From UHGV virus genome UHGV-1351772: a DNA stretch of 64,000 nt; one strand, 5' to 3'. Source of the stretch: a virus. The position numbers and the translations under genes were made by a program. This document shows, piece after piece, positions 1 to 6,361 of this stretch (positions are counted from its first letter, which is position 1; each line of letters begins with the position of its first letter). The notes under the pieces are model-generated. The model ran no database searches. It saw only the letters and a list, made by a program, of their open reading frames with translations, and had not been told where the DNA came from.

Positions 1-1
1 C

Positions 2-568
2 TATTACCTGGACGACATGAAAACCGGTGGACGTCCAATACTTGATGTCCATATGGCCGTCACGCCTGTGGCAGGACAAGCCTATACCTTGCCGCCTGCC
101 GGGTCTTATTTAGATGGTGCAACGTCTGGTGTACTAGCCTCTACCCAATTTGTTGTGGATAGTCAATCTGCAATGCCACGCATTTCTTCACCTGAGGTGA
201 AAAAGCTTGGACCTAACACGATTAAAATCAAAGACCCTGGCATGTTCGTTTATGCGACCAAACTCCAGGTTAAATTCGAGATGTCTGAAGACTTGAACGA
301 AATCAAACCGGCCTTCTATCCGGTTGTTGCAGATATGGCACTCTACGCTACAAAACAATATATCTACAACAAAATGATTTTCGATATGGATTCTGGTCGT
401 CTCGAAAACGGTATGGAGTTCGGTGCGTTTAAAAACGTCATCGAGGGCTATTCCGATGCGGGTGAAATGTTCAACGACAATTTACCACGTCTACAACGCG
501 CAATGGTACACAACGACGACTCGGGCAACCGTTACAACTACATGTCAGGTGGTCGCTTCAAATCGTAA
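2..568 (+). CDS. hypothetical protein; the ORF is open to the window edge and the first ATG is at 17
   Basis: The frame is stop-free from nt 2. The ATG at 17 has no Shine-Dalgarno. TAA at 566-568 is followed by a strong hairpin. No motif recognised. Confidence 0.6.
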   Translation, partial: YYLDDMKTGGRPILDVHMAVTPVAGQAYTLPPAGSYLDGATSGVLASTQFVVDSQSAMPRISSPEVKKLGPNTIKIKDPGMFVYATKLQVKFEMSEDLNEIKPAFYPVVADMALYATKQYIYNKMIFDMDSGRLENGMEFGAFKNVIEGYSDAGEMFNDNLPRLQRAMVHNDDSGNRYNYMSGGRFKS

Positions 569-584
569 CAAAAAAAAGAAATTC

Positions 585-614
585 TACCCACTACTCGTTT
601 CGGAGTAGTGGGTA
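585..614. terminator. bidirectional rho-independent terminator between convergent genes
   Basis: 12-bp stem TACCCACTACTC/GAGTAGTGGGTA with loop GTTTCG. An A-run lies upstream and T-rich sequence downstream. Confidence 0.8.
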
Positions 615-622
615 CTATTCTT

Positions 623-1003
623 TCACTGCAACATATTCTTCAAATGACATGCCGTTCCTGTCGTCCACGCCACCCCATTACGGATGTTTTCAGGTTGTGC
701 ATTCACCAATCTGCGTAGGCTAATGATATTCTCCGCAGGTCCCGCAATCGGTAACGTGTAGGGTACCGTCATTTCAGCCATATACTGAACGACATCTTCA
801 AACCCTTCCGGTACAGACCAATCAATCACACTACCTTCTGGAATATCGTTGTATCGCGTGTTTTTATACTCGCCGGGGTGCATCACAAAACCCCATTCCA
901 GAGACGAAAGCAGCTTCTCGTCAAGCTGGCTCCGAATCTTAATTTTACTCAATGCGTCCGGATGCACCAAAATCACGTCCAGTGGACGCAGTGTAGTATT
1001 CAT
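623..1003 (-). CDS. hypothetical protein (126 aa)
   Basis: ATG is preceded by GGGAGAG. The gene is closely spaced in a co-directional block. No motif recognised. Confidence 0.65.
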   Translation of the reverse strand: MNTTLRPLDVILVHPDALSKIKIRSQLDEKLLSSLEWGFVMHPGEYKNTRYNDIPEGSVIDWSVPEGFEDVVQYMAEMTVPYTLPIAGPAENIISLRRLVNAQPENIRNGVAWTTGTACHLKNMLQ

Positions 1004-1022
1004 TTTTCTCTCCCACTATAAC

Positions 1023-1427
1023 TCAATGGATATTTGACAGCTTATTGGTTGCCTGGTACTGGAAACTGTATACCGCATCCAATAACACAGAGAAAGCTTC
1101 AACTAACGGTATCTGTTGACGTTTTACCCCGTTGGCTAATTCGCTCATAAACGAATTAACTAGTTTCGGAGTAATCGCATGGACTTCCGTTCGGGTAAGG
1201 TGGTAATTCGTACGTATTACCGGAACCTCATCGTTTAGTAGCAAAGCAGGTTCGTCAATGGATTTCATTTCAGTCAACCATGCTTTAAACTCGGGGTGAT
1301 TTGCCAGTATAGGTAAGAGCGTATACAGAATCAAATCGTCTAAACGACTGCGAACTAAAATCCGTTCTGGAAAGATGTTGTTCTCTAACAAACTATAAAA
1401 ATCGTAATGTGGTTCTTCGATGTTCAC
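1023..1427 (-). CDS. hypothetical protein (134 aa)
   Basis: GTG start is preceded by AGGAGG. No motif recognised. Confidence 0.65.
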   Translation of the reverse strand: MNIEEPHYDFYSLLENNIFPERILVRSRLDDLILYTLLPILANHPEFKAWLTEMKSIDEPALLLNDEVPVIRTNYHLTRTEVHAITPKLVNSFMSELANGVKRQQIPLVEAFSVLLDAVYSFQYQATNKLSNIH

Positions 1428-1477
1428 GGTACCACCTCCTATAAATACATACCAGTACCGTAAAAATCAAAAAAAAT

Positions 1478-1494
1478 GGGGACGTATAGTCCCC
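1478..1494 (-). terminator. rho-independent terminator after CDS 1522..1962
   Basis: GGGGAC/GTCCCC hairpin is followed on the minus strand by a T8 run. Confidence 0.7.
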
Positions 1495-1521
1495 TAATCA
1501 CCCTCTATAGCTGATTTATAG

Positions 1522-1962
1522 TTATAGTAGCTCTACGGCATGACGCTCGTGGTAAAGCTCCGCCAACTGTTTCGTTTTAATCCGTAATTCGCCTCGGTCG
1601 TAAACTAATACCCGACCTGCGCCGTTTGTTCCTAACTCTGTGTAAAGTGCTAACCCGTACCGTCTTACAAATTCAATAGCTGGAAACGTAAATTCTTCGT
1701 CATCACAACGAAACACCAACATACACCACGGGCTCGGGTTTAAGTGCTTACGTTCTTTCCCATCCGCCCACCGTAAACTAAATTCATTTCGATTACGATT
1801 CAGCACCCGCTCAACAAATCGTTCTACTAACTTACCAGTCGGTCCATCTTTGGGTAGTGCTTGCCACACCGAGAAACGGCGTGACAAAAACGGTCGAATC
1901 ACCGCTGCTTCATCAAACGAATACCCCAAACACATCAAACCCTCAATGGCATCTATTTTCAT
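1522..1962 (-). CDS. hypothetical protein (146 aa)
   Basis: ATG is preceded by TTAGGAGCAGG. No motif recognised. Confidence 0.65.
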   Translation of the reverse strand: MKIDAIEGLMCLGYSFDEAAVIRPFLSRRFSVWQALPKDGPTGKLVERFVERVLNRNRNEFSLRWADGKERKHLNPSPWCMLVFRCDDEEFTFPAIEFVRRYGLALYTELGTNGAGRVLVYDRGELRIKTKQLAELYHERHAVELL

Positions 1963-2007
1963 TTTACCTGCTCCTAAAAAGTCGAATTAAAACGCTTAGT
2001 ACCAACG

Positions 2008-2032
2008 TTCATACAGGTAACATCTATCTCTA
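2008..2032 (-). promoter_or_regulatory. degenerate copy of the recurring promoter-like motif (minus-strand reading GAGATAGATGTTACCTGTATGAA)
   Basis: It sits directly after terminator 2057..2082 and about 45 nt upstream of the ATG at 1962. It matches the GATAGATATTATC-N3-GTG family with 2-3 mismatches. Confidence 0.35.
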
Positions 2033-2056
2033 AAAATTTGCGATAAAAAAAGAATA

Positions 2057-2082
2057 TACCTACCCCCTTTCGGAGGTAGGTA
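2057..2082 (-). terminator. rho-independent terminator (TACCTACC..GGAGGTAGGTA family)
   Basis: The hairpin has one mismatch and is followed on the minus strand by TATTCTTTTTTT. Confidence 0.75.
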
Positions 2083-2187
2083 CGTTCCCTGTCATCGGCA
2101 ATGAAACTACAGGATTAAAACCCTTCAGGGCATGAGAATGGGCGTTCTCGAAGGGTGGGCTTTTAGCTTTCGGCGGAGCTAAACTGG

Positions 2188-2835
2188 TTATCGGAGAGTA
2201 TCAATGGTTTTACCTTCATTGTTCATGATGTAAACCACATCCCCTGGATAGAAAAATTCGTAAGCATCATCGACGTGTAAAACACCGATCGCCTCGTCAA
2301 CCGAATGCTTACCACTACGGAGCTGATTCTGATAGAAGGTATCGCCATCTTCGTTGATCAACTCACGGATTAATTGGATTTCTTGAGGTGGCATCACATA
2401 CGTCATTTCACGCTGTGTAAAGCCACAAAACCGGCAATAGAAATTATTGCCAGGAATATAAATTTCGTCGACTGGCGAATTCTTTTCTTCGACGGACGGC
2501 ATACGCGGGTTAACGATCACCACACGTGGCACATCCTCTGGAATAGGTCGACCACCGATGACAACGGTCCAATTTGACACATTGTGCAAAAACGGATGCA
2601 GGTTGGCTAAGGTGCTTTTCTGTTCCTCTACGGACATATCAGTTAAAGCTGTATAACCCACCGGTTTCGGTTTTCTCGGCAAATCAATCGCGTTATCAAA
2701 ACACAATTCATTATCTTCGCCATTGGCGACTTTAAGTGCTTCTTTGTAAACACGGGACATTTTGTCACCCAAACGTACACGTTCGTGAACAGTGATGACA
2801 CGGTCGCCGTTAATAACACGTTTTACTGTAAGCAT
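2188..2835 (-). CDS. hypothetical protein (215 aa)
   Basis: ATG is preceded by GAGGTAACAG. No motif recognised. Confidence 0.65.
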   Translation of the reverse strand: MLTVKRVINGDRVITVHERVRLGDKMSRVYKEALKVANGEDNELCFDNAIDLPRKPKPVGYTALTDMSVEEQKSTLANLHPFLHNVSNWTVVIGGRPIPEDVPRVVIVNPRMPSVEEKNSPVDEIYIPGNNFYCRFCGFTQREMTYVMPPQEIQLIRELINEDGDTFYQNQLRSGKHSVDEAIGVLHVDDAYEFFYPGDVVYIMNNEGKTIDTLR

Positions 2836-3379
2836 TTCTGTTACCTCGTACTGTTACTACTACTCGTTCTGTTGTACGTCGCTATACCCCGACGTGTGGG
2901 TTAATGGGACGCGTTGACGTCTGATGAGGCGCAGCAGGCAGTGGCAGCAATGACAGCAAGGGCAGCAATGGTACAAACGCCAACGCGAATAAAAAACGCT
3001 ACTGATCAAATAAAACGACAAGGAAAGTATGAGAAACAAAGACCAGTACCGTCGAGTTAACGCGTAACTCTCAATTCACATTACAGGGTATTCACGTTGC
3101 ACTTAGGGGAAATACCCAGTAATTAAATTCTTGGTGGGAGTAGGTGGGAGGATACCCTCCCACCGTACCACCGTTTCGGCAGTCGTGCTACCAGGACCCT
3201 ACGGCCCTAAACGTAAGTCCGAACTTAATCGGTAGGTGTTTACACGTTTTTAAGGAGCTTTCTACCCGTGAGCAAGAGCAGAAAATATCAGAGCAGGCGT
3301 AACTCAGTTGAAGGCTGACGGGAAAATCTACCCAACATACGTCTGTTCTAATTAGGTTAGTGGGCCGAAGCCCACTGTT

Positions 3380-3616
3380 TTAGCCGTATAGGTAATCAGT
3401 GTAAAGAACCTCCCCCTCAGGATAGTGCGTTGTACCGAGGAGTGTGGCTTCGAGGGTAACCTCTTCCACATCACCATCCGATAACAACTCGCCAGTCCAA
3501 CCTATTTCGGATGGAAGAATTGCACATGCAGCTTCTTCCGTAGGGGCTGCCACAATCATTGCGGAATATTCATCCCAACCAACGTGGTCGGTTCTTTCTA
3601 CTAGATACAAGTTCAT
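3380..3616 (-). CDS. hypothetical protein (78 aa; start moved to the internal ATG with an RBS)
   Basis: GGGAGAAAATT-ATG at 3616. The longer ORF start at 3640 has no RBS. Confidence 0.55.
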   Translation of the reverse strand: MNLYLVERTDHVGWDEYSAMIVAAPTEEAACAILPSEIGWTGELLSDGDVEEVTLEATLLGTTHYPEGEVLYTDYLYG

Positions 3617-3680
3617 AATTTTCTCCCACAGATAACACATCTCGTTTTCTGTGTTGAGAATGAACTTACTGGCTAAAATC

Positions 3681-3756
3681 TGGCGGGGGTGGGAAGTTTC
3701 GAACTCCCAACCTTCGGTTTTGGAGACCGCTGCACCACCAATTGTGCTACACCCCC
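3681..3756 (-). tRNA. tRNA-Trp (anticodon CCA), 76 nt with encoded CCA end
   Basis: Hand-folded cloverleaf. Acceptor stem is GGGGGTG/CACCCCC and D stem is GCAC/GTGC with a GG in the loop. The anticodon loop is CT-CCA-AA. T stem is GGGAG/CTTCC with loop TTCGAAA, and the discriminator is G. There is one G-A mismatch at positions 27-43. From memory, the anticodon and T arms look close to E. coli tRNA-Trp. Confidence 0.9.
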
Positions 3757-3763
3757 TAATACA

Positions 3764-4264
3764 TCAAAACAGCTTAAGTGTTTGCGTTTGACCACCGCTG
3801 TACAGGTCGTAACGTTTCGCCACTTCCACCGCAGTGGGGGCGTCAACGCCAGCACCTAATGCACCCAGGGCATAGTGAGCACCTGAGCCTATCGCATACG
3901 GCGGCTCTACAAACACGTAACTGGCGTATTTGTTGTCTTTGCACTTCGAGGCGTCGATAACGCGTCCGTCTGTCAAAACAGCAAGTACGATAAAATCAAT
4001 CTGCTCGGGATACGTCGTTTCGAATCTAACTCCACCCCGTTCGATACCGCCGAAACGTTCAAGCGTGAGTTCTTGGCGCACGGATTGCAATGCGGCGACA
4101 TCACCTGCCAAACCGATCGCTTTCACGTCTTCACCCAAAAGCTTCCACGACGTACCCTCAGGCGGCGTGTGAATCTTACGGTATTGCGTGGCAGCACTAC
4201 GTTCTTCCACGGTGACTTGACCGTCGCAAGCTAACGTCTTTCCGTCGAAAACAATCGTGGTCAT
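3764..4264 (-). CDS. HslV/proteasome beta-type N-terminal-nucleophile (Thr) peptidase homolog (166 aa)
   Basis: The N-terminus MTTIVFDGKTLACDGQVT parallels E. coli HslV MTTIV..AGDGQAT. Further matches are GLAGD (GFAGG) and AIGSGAHYALGALGAG (AIGSGGPYAQAAA). Confidence 0.65.
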   Translation of the reverse strand: MTTIVFDGKTLACDGQVTVEERSAATQYRKIHTPPEGTSWKLLGEDVKAIGLAGDVAALQSVRQELTLERFGGIERGGVRFETTYPEQIDFIVLAVLTDGRVIDASKCKDNKYASYVFVEPPYAIGSGAHYALGALGAGVDAPTAVEVAKRYDLYSGGQTQTLKLF

Positions 4265-4626
4265 GACAGATTTCCTAACTCATTGCCGACCTCCTGGTCA
4301 GCAGCTACCATCGAATTCGTGCAACGCGTAACATGTTCACGAATCGCTCGAGCCAAACCTTCACGAACGGCTACCAGGAGACACTCTCGATAGCTCGGAT
4401 AATGCGCAATAGGGCTAGGGATGTGTTCCACGCAATAACCATCGTGAACTTCCACCACTACCGTGATGTAAATCTCGACGGGTTGGTAAATCCGCACGCT
4501 CTTGATCAAATCAAGTAACGCTGGCTCCGTGCATCCCCAGTCCTCCGGGGCTTTTAACAGCACTGCCAACTCATCGAGCCTGTACTGAACATCCAATTCC
4601 ACGTTAGTGGTGTTTTTGGAATCCAT
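4261..4626 (-). CDS. hypothetical protein (121 aa; start moved to the ATG with a GGAG RBS)
   Basis: GGAGATTTTAAT-ATG at 4626. There is an ATGA overlap with the HslV-like gene. Confidence 0.6.
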   Translation of the reverse strand: MDSKNTTNVELDVQYRLDELAVLLKAPEDWGCTEPALLDLIKSVRIYQPVEIYITVVVEVHDGYCVEHIPSPIAHYPSYRECLLVAVREGLARAIREHVTRCTNSMVAADQEVGNELGNLS

Positions 4627-5486
4627 ATTAAAATCTCCTGTCGTGGTCTGTGTCACACCAACAGGAAATCCTGTAAAAAAATAATTCAGCTGCGTACCGG
4701 CGTTTCTCAACGGGAGTACGCACCCCTCTCGTCTTTGCGAGCCGTCAAGCTAGAGGACATCACACTGCCAGCGCTACCTGGAGCAGGGTCATTCGACGCA
4801 ACGTCGTAATTCGCATTTTGGCCGCACCTCTGGGAGCGTATCCCACCGTCGGCTGCCCGCAGGTAAGTTCTACGGACCTTTCGCCAACGTCGCTCCCAGA
4901 GGCTGCCACGGTTCACTCGGATTTTCTCATGTGGTCCACGCGTCACTGATAGCGCGGGTTCCCCAACACTCGTAAGTCGGGGAACGGTACCGAGCACCTG
5001 AACTCTGGGGATTCCAAAAATCCCTCGGGGTAAGTACGATTCGCAAATCGATTTTCAAACCCCATAGTAAAACAAACTCCAGTGTTAGGCTGAACGTTTT
5101 GTTTTTCCCAGTACACGGCGAAATAAATTCCATGCACTCGAAAAAACAACCCCCAAACCAACACCCGGTCAGGGGGCTTCGAGCTCTGCTGAATCTTCGC
5201 AGACAGAAATCGTGTTTGAGCTGTGAGCAGTAAACTCCTGAACTCCGAAAAATCTTCGTGGTTGGATTTGTAAATCATCCCACGCAAATCCTCCGAACAT
5301 ACCATAGGGTTTTAACGTTCGAAAAAGGGGAATGGGTTTTACCCCCCTCGGTCAGGTGTTCAGGGTAGACCCCCTACCCGATCCCCCAGGTGGGGATTTT
5401 ACCCTGGTGAATTACCCCGGGTTCGATTTTCGGATTTTCTGGAAAATACCGCTCACCGATCCCTACCCCCTCAGGGGGGTCAGACC

Positions 5487-5496
5487 GAGATCAGAT
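5487..5496 (+). repeat. left copy of the 10-bp direct repeat GAGATCAGAT
   Basis: Identical to 5718..5727. The two copies bracket the CG-block/A+T-core/CG-block unit. Confidence 0.9.
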
Positions 5497-5518
5497 CTCA
5501 TAATAAGGATCGCGCGCG

Positions 5519-5680
5519 TTTTATATATATTTATATATAATATATATTATATATAATAATTATTATATTAATAAATATATTAATATATTTATTTAAATAA
5601 ATAATTAAATAATACCTAAAGGTATTATTATTTTGATCCTAAAGGAATAATATATTTATAAATAAATATATTATACTATA
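5519..5680. repeat. A/T low-complexity core, about 93 percent A+T, with 5519-5614 being 96 nt of pure A/T
   Basis: Direct reading. It contains a perfect 24-nt palindrome at 5570-5593 (AATAAATATATTAATATATTTATT) and a hairpin AATACC-TAAA-GGTATT. It is bounded by CGCGCGCG (5511-5518) and by alternating Pu/Py sequence at 5676-5703 that includes an 18-bp perfect palindrome (5683-5700). Confidence 0.95.
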
Positions 5681-5717
5681 CGCGCGTGCGTACGCACGCG
5701 TATAAGGAAGAGATCTT

Positions 5718-5727
5718 GAGATCAGAT
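5718..5727 (+). repeat. right copy of the 10-bp direct repeat GAGATCAGAT
   Basis: Identical to 5487..5496. Confidence 0.9.
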
Positions 5728-6331
5728 TTTTGAGAGAGTTAAAAATTTAAGATCGATCCGAGAGACTTAGTGTCTCTCGAAGAGTATTAAAAAATTTAAA
5801 AGATCAAAAAACCAAAGCTAGAGAACTACTCAACCTGAATCTTCAGTGTGTGAAGATTCAGTAAGTTGATCAATCCAGCTGATCCGCTAGTACGCGAAGC
5901 GTGAATGTTTTTTTGATCGTCGCGGCGGCCGGTCCGCCGACCCGAGGGTGGGGTGGAACTGGTCGAGGGGAATGCCCCTCAGGCGCTCTCAATCGCGCTG
6001 TAACGAGTTAAACGGGGTTCTGGTACCCAAGTGTACCCCTTGAGGAGATTTTTGCGTCAAAATGCGTTCTAGAGCGTTTTACGATGGGGTGGGTTTTCGA
6101 CCCACTCAGGGATAGGGGTTGGCGTGACAGCTCGAACGACAAAATCGTGGTTTCATGGCGTTGAGTGAAAATAAATTCAAAACCCACAACCAAAAACACC
6201 CTCAAATTCTTCGTAGGAAGCTCTCTGACGAGATAAACGTGGGTAAGGGGTACGAACGTACCGCCTGGAAAGAAAAATGCGTTAGAATCGCTCTCAGCGC
6301 GTTTTTGATTTTTGGGCAAAAAAATAAAACG

Positions 6332-6351
6332 GGGGAGACTTCGGTCTCCCC
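6332..6351 (-). terminator. rho-independent terminator after CDS 6362..7486
   Basis: GGGGAGAC-TTCG-GTCTCCCC is followed on the minus strand by GTTTTATTTTTTT. Confidence 0.85.
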
Positions 6352-6361
6352 AGAATATTTT

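Larger units (their letters stand above)
5489..5918. promoter_or_regulatory. GATC-dense, iteron-bearing segment; candidate replication-origin-like or other cis-acting module
   Basis: 12 GATC sites lie in about 430 bp. An imperfect direct repeat TTAAAAA(A)TTTAA(AA)GATC occurs at 5739-5754 and 5787-5805. Hairpins lie at 5759-5779 and 5835-5861 (11-bp stem). The segment spans the A/T core. Confidence 0.35.
4627..6361. other. 1.7-kb ORF-poor intergenic island (hairpin-dense GC-rich flanks around an A/T-only core)
   Basis: The only ORFs here overlap in several frames, have skewed composition (several Arg/Pro/Gly/Ser-rich) and lack an SD. The rest of the window has gaps mostly under 100 nt. Confidence 0.8.

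Noticed and set aside
2921-2928. CTGATGAG, the hammerhead-ribozyme core heptamer/octamer, in the 2836-3379 gap
   Set aside because: The required downstream stem II closure followed by GAAA and a cleavage-site helix is not present. Only GGCG...CGCC separated by about 60 nt is found, followed by AACGCGAAT. A 7-mer is expected several times by chance in 64 kb.
4739-4914. GAGCCGT ... ACGGTTC, resembling the two halves of a group II intron domain V
   Set aside because: The halves are about 160 nt apart instead of forming a 34-nt hairpin. There is no intron-encoded protein and there are no flanking exons. It is retained only as a possible long-range helix.
5415-5440. T-arm-like CCGGG-TTCGATT-TTCGG, suggesting a second tRNA
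   Set aside because: No acceptor-stem complement, D arm or anticodon arm can be built around it.
5497-5717. The 221-bp unit between the GAGATCAGAT repeats as a MITE-like mobile element with a target-site duplication
   Set aside because: No terminal inverted repeats could be found, and the TAAGGA sub-terminal motifs are direct rather than inverted. It is kept only as an alternative explanation within the A/T-core finding.
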